In this document: positions 19,040-27,493 of the stretch, piece by piece | Layout: each line of letters starts with the position of its first letter | Numbering within the stretch: the first letter of the stretch is position 1 | Translations under genes and position numbers: made by a program | DNA from: an uncultured Candidatus Nemicrothrix sp. | GTDB lineage: Bacteria; Actinomycetota; Acidimicrobiia; Acidimicrobiales; UBA8592 | Assembly (NCBI GenBank): GCA_913046155.1 | Contig: CAJWRY010000001.1 | Location: 25,366 to 89,365 of the forward strand | Direction of reading: 5' to 3' | DNA: 64,000 nucleotides | Notes under the pieces: generated by a model | What the model was told of the DNA's origin: nothing | Databases searched by the model: none | Seen by the model: only the letters and a program-made list of their open reading frames with translations

Positions 19040-20263
19040 TCAAAAGATTACTGGGTAGGTGCTGAAATGCTTACGCTCTGAATTAGGGTCGTGCTGTGGT
19101 GGATTATTCGGGTCGCGTCTGCCGCCTGCAGACAGCAATGCGTGGGCCATTATCGCAACTGTTCCGAAAAGAGCCTCCGATTCCGGCCTGTCTGGGTCAA
19201 TCTCTAGACCACCATCGAGCTCGGCTCCCACACAAGCGTGCATTCCTGCCCCAAAACTCATGCCCCAACGAGGTATACCTTCTGGTACTTCTCGATATGG
19301 ATCATAAGTACCGGAGCTTTCCCCAAAGATTTCATTATCTCTATTCGCTAGCATGAGGTCAAGAGTGACTTCAGTCCCTTCACTTAACAAAGTTCCATCT
19401 GATAGTTCCATATCTCTAAGAGGGCGCCTTAAAGCAACCGGGCTAGCAGGATTCAATCTGAGAGATTCATGCATACAGCGTTGAACAAACGAAAGATCTT
19501 CTCTGGCTTTATTTAGATCCTCTGGATATTGTTGGCCCCAATTCAAAATGTCATCAACGGTATGTGTAAAGGCATTGGCCGTAGAGTGAGCTCCAGCCTG
19601 AAGATAAAAGCAAATTTCTCGAAAAATAATTTGATCAGTTAATCCCAACTGTTCTCTGTTTACCAATAACGTCGTTAAAACATCTTTTGGTAGATCATCT
19701 TGATTTATTGTTCCGTTGATGCTTTCTTCGATAAGTCTCTCTCTGGTTTCTCTGCTCGGATCAAAGAAATCCTTTGCGAATTGGTCCATAGCTTCTTTTA
19801 CTTCTTGACGCACCTGATCTTTATTTCTTTTTGAATGAAGGAGAGTCGCACCTTCGCTAAATTTCTTTACTATTCCGTAGAGAGTCTCTGTTTGCTTTGC
19901 GTCTGAAGGGTCCTGATCAATACCTGCAATTGTTGCAGTCAAGTTCATTGCGCATCTGTAACCGATGACAGATAAGTCACCTTGCTTGGCCTCGACAAAA
20001 GGATTAAGAGTTATATCGATTGTCCTGCCGAGCACCTCATGCTCCCAATAGCTAAAGATTTCTCGTCTGAAAAGCCTATTCTCAACTCTGCGTCGCTCTC
20101 TATGTGCTTTACCATGAAGGTCCAAAAGCGTATCTGACATCACTACTGCTCCTTCAGAGTAGCCTGCTTGTCTCAACTCTTTAGAGCGAAATGCTTCTCG
20201 AACTTGCGACCATGAGGCGAGACGTATCCTCTTACTTGTTTTCTTTTCCATTTCCGATTCCAC
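19040..20263 (-). CDS. Cytochrome P450 (atypical clade)
   Basis: AGAHSTA, HESLR, FGAGMHACVG; start 20263 (GTG) or 20251. Confidence 0.93.
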   Translation of the reverse strand: MESEMEKKTSKRIRLASWSQVREAFRSKELRQAGYSEGAVVMSDTLLDLHGKAHRERRRVENRLFRREIFSYWEHEVLGRTIDITLNPFVEAKQGDLSVIGYRCAMNLTATIAGIDQDPSDAKQTETLYGIVKKFSEGATLLHSKRNKDQVRQEVKEAMDQFAKDFFDPSRETRERLIEESINGTINQDDLPKDVLTTLLVNREQLGLTDQIIFREICFYLQAGAHSTANAFTHTVDDILNWGQQYPEDLNKAREDLSFVQRCMHESLRLNPASPVALRRPLRDMELSDGTLLSEGTEVTLDLMLANRDNEIFGESSGTYDPYREVPEGIPRWGMSFGAGMHACVGAELDGGLEIDPDRPESEALFGTVAIMAHALLSAGGRRDPNNPPQHDPNSERKHFSTYPVIF

Positions 20264-20287
20264 TTAATTCAGGATAGGTTCCTGAGC

Positions 20288-20680
20288 ATGGTTAAACCAG
20301 TTGAAATAGTTGAGAGTTTTCTCCATGCTTTGTCGGAAAGAGAGATGGGAGTAATTATGTCTTTCTTCAATGAGGAGTCTTCGTGGCAAAATGTTCCTCA
20401 TCCACCCTCTAACGGGGTTCAAGAAATTGAATTAATGTTTTCCCCGATTATTCGCAAAAGCTCAAAGGTTCAATGGGATATCTTAAGCGCAGCCTATGTA
20501 GGAAATAGAGCCTGGCTGGAAAGGATAGATAGGTTCTGGATAGACGGCGCTGAGTATTCTGTTCAATGCAACGGAGTTTTTGAGTTTGACTTGTCTAAGG
20601 GGAAAATAATGACTGTTCGAGATTATGTTGACTTGGGTGAATGGAGAGAGAGGCTGACTTTAGCTCGGCTCAACGAATAA
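20288..20680 (+). CDS. Limonene-1,2-epoxide hydrolase / SnoaL-like protein
   Basis: WQNVP, LERIDRF, GVFE...KI...RDY.D (R-x-D and D catalytic set). Confidence 0.85.
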   Translation: MVKPVEIVESFLHALSEREMGVIMSFFNEESSWQNVPHPPSNGVQEIELMFSPIIRKSSKVQWDILSAAYVGNRAWLERIDRFWIDGAEYSVQCNGVFEFDLSKGKIMTVRDYVDLGEWRERLTLARLNE

Positions 20681-20686
20681 CATCAG

Positions 20687-22021
20687 TTACTTATATGCCT
20701 TATCCCAAGTGAGAACCTCACCAGCCCAGTTGCCAACTTTCCAGCCAGCAAGCGGTTCGTGACTCGGCCAAAGATCTGAAAGATTTAATACTTTGCCATC
20801 AGCAATAACTGTTGAGATCTCATTCTTATTATTCAACACTCTTATATCTTCAGCGGGATCGGAGTCAACAATAATGATGTCGGCTAGCTTATCTTTCTCA
20901 ATCGTTCCTAGTTGGTCTTCCATTTGCATTGCCCAAGCACCATTCTTAGTAGCTGTGGTAATCGCTTCTACAGGAGTCAAATCTAAAGAATCAACGAAGA
21001 TCTCTAACTCACGACCATGCCAATGCCCATAAGGTGTCAATGCAAAGCCACTTTCTGAGCCTGAAAGAATTCGAACTCCATTGTCATAGGCTTTGCGGAT
21101 CATTTTTGCGGTTTGCTCAATTTCGCCCCGAAAAATATCCTCCATTCCTGGGCTAGCCTGAACTTTGGATCCAAAGTCAGCAAGGTTTGCTAAGAATGTG
21201 AATGTTGGGCAGATAGATGCGCCATTAGATATCACAGCTTCAAGACCTTCATCATCCATAAAGGAAGCATGAAGTATTAAATCGACACCCTCTTCGGCAC
21301 ATACTTTAACGCTTTGCGCTCCGCGACAGTGCGCCATAACAGGGACTGAAAGTTCGTGTGCCGTCTGGCAAGCGGCTTTTATCTCTTCCCTATTCCATAC
21401 GAGCAACTCGCCAGATCGACCGGGAACTGAACCTGTGGCGTGTAGCTTGATCCAATCAGCTCCATATTTAATATGCCGTCGGACCCATTGCACTATTTCA
21501 TCTTTTGTATTCACGATTTGCGCATACCCGACGGTTCCTTCATCGGGTATTAATCGTCCAGCTGTTCCACCTACAGCAGTCAACAAGGCTTGAACACCTG
21601 TCTTGATTCGGGGGCCTTGAACGACACCTGCATTAACGGCGTCACGCAGAGCAGGACCAATACCGTGGGAAGTGTCTGGATCAACGAAAGATGTAACTCC
21701 AGCTCTAAGCATTTTTCTTAGATTTTGAGCAGCTACAAGTGCTACCAGCGTTGGATCTCTGTGGAAGAAAAGTTCATCATTAGATTGCACATCATCAAAT
21801 GAGCAATGAAGGTGAGAGTCAATTAGACCTGGCATAATCGTTTTCCCTGTAGCATCGAGCTCTATCACCTCTTCGATCTTGAGGTCATTTACTACGCTCG
21901 TTGCTTCATTTCCCAAAGCAACTATTTGATTTCCTGCTACGGCAATTCCTCCATTTGGTCTGGGGTCAGCCCCCGTGCCGTCTATAAGAGTTCCACCTGA
22001 AATCAGCATAATATCTGTCAT
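20687..22021 (-). CDS. Metal-dependent amidohydrolase (Xaa-Pro dipeptidase-like subgroup)
   Basis: MPGLIDSHLH, GADWIK, MAH, ILH, G.IE..KLADII. Confidence 0.9.
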   Translation of the reverse strand: MTDIMLISGGTLIDGTGADPRPNGGIAVAGNQIVALGNEATSVVNDLKIEEVIELDATGKTIMPGLIDSHLHCSFDDVQSNDELFFHRDPTLVALVAAQNLRKMLRAGVTSFVDPDTSHGIGPALRDAVNAGVVQGPRIKTGVQALLTAVGGTAGRLIPDEGTVGYAQIVNTKDEIVQWVRRHIKYGADWIKLHATGSVPGRSGELLVWNREEIKAACQTAHELSVPVMAHCRGAQSVKVCAEEGVDLILHASFMDDEGLEAVISNGASICPTFTFLANLADFGSKVQASPGMEDIFRGEIEQTAKMIRKAYDNGVRILSGSESGFALTPYGHWHGRELEIFVDSLDLTPVEAITTATKNGAWAMQMEDQLGTIEKDKLADIIIVDSDPAEDIRVLNNKNEISTVIADGKVLNLSDLWPSHEPLAGWKVGNWAGEVLTWDKAYK

Positions 22022-22061
22022 AGGACTATGTTATTGGATAAGTAGAGTAAATAGAAGGGTT

Positions 22062-22367
22062 ATGATGATACGGCATTGTGTATTACTAAAGTTTCAGGCA
22101 GGTACGTCAGAGGAAATCATGAATGAAGCTGCAAGAGGTATCCGAGCTTTACCTGAGTACATTCCCGAGATTGCTAGCTATTCAGTAGGGTTTGATGCGA
22201 AACTCAGGGAAGATAATTATGATTTAGCTGTCGTCGGTGATTTTTCCTCTTCAGATGATTACTTGGTATATGCCTCACACCCCAAGCACCTTGAAGTTAT
22301 TTCTGAACTCTTGGCACCGTATCTTGAGGGAAGGAGTGCTGTTCAGTATGAATATGATTCGGAGTGA
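22062..22367 (+). CDS. Dabb (stress-responsive A/B barrel) protein
   Basis: IRHCVLLKF...LP..IP...Y..HPKH; start moved from 21975 to avoid overlap. Confidence 0.88.
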   Translation: MMIRHCVLLKFQAGTSEEIMNEAARGIRALPEYIPEIASYSVGFDAKLREDNYDLAVVGDFSSSDDYLVYASHPKHLEVISELLAPYLEGRSAVQYEYDSE

Positions 22368-22579
22368 CTTTTCGAATTGAAATTGAAACCGATGACTGTA
22401 TGAGCTCAGGCAAGTGTGTTGCTGACTATCCAGAGGTCTTCGTATTTGATGAAGAAGAGCTTGCTGCATTAATTCCGAACGCAAAACTTACTGATAAAGA
22501 AATTATCAAAGTAGCAAGAAATTGTCCTAGCAGAGCAATTTTGGTATTTGACGAGAATAACGACCAAGTAGATACATAG
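22364..22579 (+). CDS. [3Fe-4S]-type ferredoxin
   Basis: CMSSGKC...P.VF...CPSRAI. Confidence 0.9.
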   Translation: MTFRIEIETDDCMSSGKCVADYPEVFVFDEEELAALIPNAKLTDKEIIKVARNCPSRAILVFDENNDQVDT

Positions 22580-22590
22580 GAGATCAAAGA

Positions 22591-23364
22591 ATGAAGTCGC
22601 TAATTGTTACTGGAGGAGCAAACGGTCTGGGTCGCTCCATTGCTCAGAGCGCTAGCGATGCAGGGTACAGAGTAGGGATCATTGATGTAAACATTGATGC
22701 GCTTGAGGACGCTGCCTCATCTATTCAAAATACTGTGCCGCTAATTGCTTCTGTCACGTCTTCTGATGAAATAGCAGCAGCTCTAGACAAGTTTGGAACA
22801 ATACCAGATATTTGGGTTAATAACGCGGGCATAGTTAAGTTTGGTCCGCTGCTTGAACTGCCCGTAGATGACTGGAGGGCAGTTGTTGAAGTCAACCTTA
22901 CCGGCACATTTATCTGCTCTACTATCGTTGCGGAAGCGATGGCGCTCCGAGGCTCAGGTTCAATCATAAACATTACGTCAATTAACGGGATTTCAGCGGG
23001 AACGAATTCTGGCGCATACGGTGCTACGAAGTCAGCAATTTCATTGTTAACTCAGCAAATGTCATTGGAGTGGGGAAAACTTGGTCTCAGAGTTAATGCT
23101 TTAGCTCCCGGTTTGATAGATGGTGGAATGTCCGAACCAATTTACTCGGATCCACATTTTCGAAAACTACGGACGGAGAAAGTCCCTGTTGGTCGCCTTG
23201 GAACAGAAGAAGACATCGCACAAGCGGTACTTTTCCTTGGATCAGAGAAAGCCAGCTACATTACTGGGCACGAACTTGTTGTGGACGGAGGAATTATTAA
23301 TTCGATAATCGCTAATCTCCCCCGGCCGTCAAGCGTTGATTCGGTTGGTTTAGATGGAGAGTGA
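22591..23364 (+). CDS. SDR family oxidoreductase
   Basis: TGGANGLG, NNAG, YGATK. Confidence 0.92.
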   Translation: MKSLIVTGGANGLGRSIAQSASDAGYRVGIIDVNIDALEDAASSIQNTVPLIASVTSSDEIAAALDKFGTIPDIWVNNAGIVKFGPLLELPVDDWRAVVEVNLTGTFICSTIVAEAMALRGSGSIINITSINGISAGTNSGAYGATKSAISLLTQQMSLEWGKLGLRVNALAPGLIDGGMSEPIYSDPHFRKLRTEKVPVGRLGTEEDIAQAVLFLGSEKASYITGHELVVDGGIINSIIANLPRPSSVDSVGLDGE

Positions 23365-24205
23365 TTTTGAAATCGCTATAAAAGTTGCCCCACATCATAT
23401 TGATTGGGAGACGATGTTATGGGTAGCTACGCACGCTGATGCAAATCCTGTGTATTCAGACTTTTGGAATTTTGATCACTTTTACCCTATTTACGGGGAC
23501 TCAAGCGGCCCGTGCCTTGAATCTTGGGTTACGCTTTCTGCGATTGCCCAAGCTACTTCGCGTATCAGGATTGGATGCATGGTGAATGGAGTTCACTACC
23601 GCCATCCTGCTGTCGTTGCGAACATGGCTTCTGGGCTTGACATTATTAGTGATGGCCGATTTGAACTAGGGCTAGGAGCAGGTTGGAATCAAGAAGAGTC
23701 GGGTGCATACGGAATACATTTAGGTTCACTTACTGAAAGATTCGACCGCTTTGATGAAGCCCTTGCAGTAATTTTTTCACTTCTCCATGAGGAGAGAACT
23801 TCTTTTAAAGGTGAATATTTTTCGCTCAAAGAGGCTCTTAATAACCCGAAAGGACCTCAGGAAAGGCTACCTATTTGCATCGGTGGGACGGGAGAGAAAA
23901 GGACACTCCCCAATGTGGCGAAATATGCCTCTCACTGGAATCTGCCGTCCTACGATAAAAGTCTTTTTACTAACAAACTCAATTCCCTGAAATTGTATTG
24001 TGGTGAAATTGGGAGGGATGTCAAAGAAATTAAAATTTCTACTCATATTTTCGTTGAAGAAGCTACAGATGAAGAAACAATCATTGAACAACTTCGGACC
24101 CAAGAAGAAGCTGGAATTAACCAGTCAATAATCTATTTTCAGCCACCAGTTACAAGAGAGAAGGTCAGGTCCGTTACAGAACTGCTTTCCAATACTGCCC
24201 GGTGA
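23354..24205 (+). CDS. LLM-class F420-dependent oxidoreductase
   Basis: W.FDHFYP, YRHPAVVANMA..LDIISDGR.ELGLGAGW, IGGTGEKRTL. Confidence 0.88.
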   Translation: MESDFEIAIKVAPHHIDWETMLWVATHADANPVYSDFWNFDHFYPIYGDSSGPCLESWVTLSAIAQATSRIRIGCMVNGVHYRHPAVVANMASGLDIISDGRFELGLGAGWNQEESGAYGIHLGSLTERFDRFDEALAVIFSLLHEERTSFKGEYFSLKEALNNPKGPQERLPICIGGTGEKRTLPNVAKYASHWNLPSYDKSLFTNKLNSLKLYCGEIGRDVKEIKISTHIFVEEATDEETIIEQLRTQEEAGINQSIIYFQPPVTREKVRSVTELLSNTAR

Positions 24206-24216
24206 GCTTTGACAAA

Positions 24217-25098
24217 TTAGGGTGCGAGTGCTTCGAAGGTTTCCCATTCTGGGATTTTAAAATTCCCATCATGAGGAATTGCCTGAATACAGACGTGGCT
24301 AGCTCCGGCTTTTTCATGTTCCTTTATTCGCTTTTCTATCTGTTGGATTGACCCCCATGCGACTAAAGAATCAATAAAATAATCAGAAGGAGAATCAATA
24401 TCATCTTCGGAGAAACCAAGCCTTTTCCAACTATTCCGATAATTTGGAAGTGAAGCATAGATCCGTAAGGCACTTTTAGCGGCACTGTGCGCAGTCTCCT
24501 TGTCTTGTGTTAAGACAACCTTTTGTTCGACGCATAATAATTTGTCTTTACCAAGTATTTCTCGTGCTTGGTGAGTGTGATCTGGAGTCGTCCAGTATGG
24601 GTGCGCACCGTCCGCATACTCAGATGATAATTGAAGCATTTGTGGTCCCAATGCTGCAACTACGCATTGGGGCTCGTGGTTTGGAGGAATTGAAGTATAT
24701 GGTGAGGTTTTGAAGGTTCTGAGATACGAACGCATTGTTGCAATAGGTTTCTCATAAGGAATTTGCCGTAAACCTTCAACAAGTGGTGCATGGGAAATAC
24801 CTAGACCTAGAAGGAAGCGTCCCCCTGATTGTTCTGCGAGGGTCGCCGCGGCCTGTCGTGTAACGCCAGGAAGCCTATGGTAGATATTTGCTATCCCCGT
24901 TGCGAAGTGAAGATTCTCAGTTGTTGACGCCAAATAAGCTATGTGTGCGAATGGATCTCTTCCTGTGGTTTCAGGGATCCAAAGCATGGAGTACCCAAGG
25001 CCCTCTATTCTTTGAGCAAATTCCTTTGATTCCTCAAATCCTAAAGCATCGGTCGGGTGCCAAACTCCACGTTTCTTTAGTACTGATTTCTTTATCAT
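24217..25098 (-). CDS. LLM-class F420-dependent oxidoreductase (MSMEG_4141-like)
   Basis: ATGIANI, GRFLLGLGISH, AALGPQML...DGAHPY.TTP.HT, LPNY. Confidence 0.88.
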   Translation of the reverse strand: MIKKSVLKKRGVWHPTDALGFEESKEFAQRIEGLGYSMLWIPETTGRDPFAHIAYLASTTENLHFATGIANIYHRLPGVTRQAAATLAEQSGGRFLLGLGISHAPLVEGLRQIPYEKPIATMRSYLRTFKTSPYTSIPPNHEPQCVVAALGPQMLQLSSEYADGAHPYWTTPDHTHQAREILGKDKLLCVEQKVVLTQDKETAHSAAKSALRIYASLPNYRNSWKRLGFSEDDIDSPSDYFIDSLVAWGSIQQIEKRIKEHEKAGASHVCIQAIPHDGNFKIPEWETFEALAP

Positions 25099-25141
25099 AC
25101 GACAAGGCTAGTTTGCAGGTGTGACATGGGACTTGTAGTTA

Positions 25142-25402
25142 TTACTGAAGCTCTAATCCGAGCTGTTCCCAAATTTCTTCCTTCTTTGCTTCAAAAGTCT
25201 CATCGTCTATTTCACCATTTGCCTTTGCAGCACTTAATTCAGCGAACTGTCTGTATAACTCCTCTTCAGGGGTTCCTGTGTCATCAGCTTCATCCTCAGA
25301 GCTTCTTCGTTCAGCTCGCTCAGCACGCTTAGCCTCTTGCTTTTCTCTCTTAGTTTGCTCTCGCTGGCGCTTTCCCCAGCTTTCTCTTCCCTTGCTAGCC
25401 AT
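25142..25402 (-). CDS. Small hypothetical protein (basic N-terminus, acidic C-terminus) downstream of cspA
   Basis: KRQRE..KREKQE.K..R pattern; AGGG RBS; 8-nt gap after cspA. Confidence 0.75.
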   Translation of the reverse strand: MASKGRESWGKRQREQTKREKQEAKRAERAERRSSEDEADDTGTPEEELYRQFAELSAAKANGEIDDETFEAKKEEIWEQLGLELQ

Positions 25403-25410
25403 GATGGTCC

Positions 25411-25617
25411 CTATAGAGCTTTTACATTTAAAGCTTCGTCCCCTTTGCGTCCCTCGCCTATATCAAACTCTACTTGCTGTCCTTCTTCTAAATTCTTAAA
25501 TCCATCGCCGTCGATATTGGAATAGTGGACGAAGACATCATCTCCGCCCTCACGTTCAATAAATCCGTAGCCTTTTTGTGTGTTAAAGAACTTTACTGTT
25601 CCTGTTGCCATACTCAT
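25411..25617 (-). CDS. cspA: Cold-shock protein
   Basis: GTVKFFN..KGYGFI...DVFVHYS (RNP1/RNP2); start may be 25611. Confidence 0.95.
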   Translation of the reverse strand: MSMATGTVKFFNTQKGYGFIEREGGDDVFVHYSNIDGDGFKNLEEGQQVEFDIGEGRKGDEALNVKAL

Positions 25618-25680
25618 ATCCTATCGTTAGGCGTCATTGTGTTAGATCCACGTTAGGCGATTAGAAAGCAAATTCCTTTG

Positions 25681-25700
25681 ATAAAGAAATATTTCTTTAT
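25681..25700. repeat. Perfect 20-bp palindrome ATAAAGAAAT-ATTTCTTTAT between cysQ and cspA
   Basis: Read directly from the sequence. Confidence 0.8.
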
Positions 25701-25708
25701 AGCTAGCA

Positions 25709-26449
25709 TTACTTTCCATTCAAAACACCCAATACATCATTGAGGAGCTCAGGGTGGCTGATGATTAGACCTCTTACAATAGGAACTTCTTTGTTAAAAA
25801 TAAACTCTGTTCCGTCTAACTGGCAGGCGGTTAATCCCGCAGCGCGAGCCACAGCGATGGGACCGCATACATCCCACTCATATAACCCAGAATTATGGAT
25901 GTAAACATCAGCCTCTCCCCCAATCACTAGTGATGCTTTAATACCCGCAGAACCGCAACTCGCCAGTCGGGCACCAATCGCCTCTGCTACGTATGCGGCA
26001 TGGTACGAATTCCATCGATTACTAATCACTAGCTTTGAATCTGATACTGGTCGTTCTTTTGGGTATAACGTTGCAGTTGAGTAGAGCCTCTTCAATGAGG
26101 GGCACGAAACAGCTCCGGCCGCTATTTTCCCATTTTCAATCAGAGCAATATGAACAGCCCATTCTTCACTACCTGCATACGGGTAATCTTGTGAGCCGTC
26201 AAGCGGATCCACGATCCAGACACGGTTTGCTTGGATCCGACTTAAATCGTCTGCCCCTTCTTCCGACAGCACAGCATCTTTCGGGCGGTGCTTTGTTAGC
26301 TCGTCAATAATTATATTGTGAGCAAAGATATCGCCTTTATCTCTCAATACCCATGAGTTTATACCTGAGGCAATTCCATCATCTCTTAATTTTAAAAGCT
26401 CTGAGCCAGCCTTTTCAGCAAGATATGAAGCTAACTCATGGTCGTCCAT
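25709..26449 (-). CDS. cysQ: 3'(2'),5'-bisphosphate nucleotidase CysQ (inositol monophosphatase family)
   Basis: LSEE, WIVDPLDGS, WAVHIAL, GSAG.K, YEWD. Confidence 0.85.
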   Translation of the reverse strand: MDDHELASYLAEKAGSELLKLRDDGIASGINSWVLRDKGDIFAHNIIIDELTKHRPKDAVLSEEGADDLSRIQANRVWIVDPLDGSQDYPYAGSEEWAVHIALIENGKIAAGAVSCPSLKRLYSTATLYPKERPVSDSKLVISNRWNSYHAAYVAEAIGARLASCGSAGIKASLVIGGEADVYIHNSGLYEWDVCGPIAVARAAGLTACQLDGTEFIFNKEVPIVRGLIISHPELLNDVLGVLNGK

Positions 26450-26457
26450 CTAGCTAG

Positions 26458-26808
26458 TTAACGGATGAAATCTGCTATGCGGTCTTTAGGCCGACCGATT
26501 ATTGCCTTGTCCCCATTCACAATCACAGGCCTTTGTAATAATTGCTTATGCTTGACCAATATTTCCACTACATTTTGCGGATTATTTACGAAATCATCAG
26601 GATCTAATTCAAGTTTTTTGAATTTCGAATCTTTTCGTACGAGATCTTCTACAGGGTCCTCCAGTCCGGAGACAATTTTTTCGAGGGTAGCTTTGTCCGG
26701 TGGTTCTTTAATATACAGAACTACTTCATATTCAATTCCCTCATCCTCAGCGACCGCTAAGGCGTTTCGAGATGACCCTCAATGAGGGTTGTGATAAATC
26801 GTAATCAT
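26458..26808 (-). CDS. arsC: ArsC-family (glutaredoxin-type) arsenate reductase selenoprotein, 116 aa, Sec at TGA 26781-26779; absent from ORF track
   Basis: Manual translation MITIYHNPH-U-GSSRNAL...Y...PP...LVRK...LLQRPVI...IGRP; matches ArsC ITIYHNPACGTSRN with U at catalytic Cys12; GGAG 8 nt upstream of ATG. Confidence 0.88.
26741..26775 (-). promoter_or_regulatory. Candidate SECIS hairpin of arsC
   Basis: CCTTAGC-[GGTC]-GCTGAGG, loop 23 nt after UGA and starting with G; lower stem TCATC/GATGA. Confidence 0.65.
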
Positions 26809-26878
26809 AAACATGACTCCTTAAATTAAATCGGTCATCTGAATACTATCTCTCAGCCAATAAAAAAATAGGTTATGT

Positions 26879-27493
26879 TCAATCATTCATCCAATCGCAG
26901 ACTATTTCCCAACATGTTAATATTTGGAGTTGCAACTCCTCTAACGAGTTGTCATTGGAAATGACCAGGTCCGCTACTCGTCGTCGCTCTTCATCAGTTG
27001 CTTGCGACTGCATCCTTGCGAGTGCCTCTTCTTTCTCTACGCCGCGTAGTTGAAGCCGCTCAATTCGCTTTTCATATGATGCTTCGACAACTATAACCTT
27101 TTGATATAAAGGCACACCATTGATTTGCGCCAAAGGCTGCTCTACAAGAACAGCCATATCTAGTATCGTGAGCTTTGCACTTTGCTTCTCAAGCATACTA
27201 GTTAACCTTTTATTAATTCCTGGGTGTGTTATCGCTTCAAGCTTTGCGAGTTGTCTTTCAGAGTTAAATACTATTTGGCCAAGTGCAGCGCGATTAATTG
27301 TCCCATCTGGATTGAGTATGTCCTCGCTGAATGTTTCTATGATATCCAAGTACTCGTTTGAGGATTGATCCAACACAGAATGCCCTACTGCGTCAACGTT
27401 GATAACTGATGCTCCAAGTGTTTGGAATATATTGGCGACTGTGGATTTGCCAGCACCAATACCCCCCGTTAAACCTATGCAAAACGTTTGCAT
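26879..27493 (-). CDS. coaE: Dephospho-CoA kinase
   Basis: IGLTGGIGAGKSTV, INR..LG.IVF, LE.ITHP, AD.VI.N. Confidence 0.95.
   Translation of the reverse strand: MQTFCIGLTGGIGAGKSTVANIFQTLGASVINVDAVGHSVLDQSSNEYLDIIETFSEDILNPDGTINRAALGQIVFNSERQLAKLEAITHPGINKRLTSMLEKQSAKLTILDMAVLVEQPLAQINGVPLYQKVIVVEASYEKRIERLQLRGVEKEEALARMQSQATDEERRRVADLVISNDNSLEELQLQILTCWEIVCDWMND

Noticed and set aside
26465-26785. 106-aa plus-strand ORF in the track
   Set aside because: Antisense shadow of the Sec-ArsC gene; no recognisable motifs.
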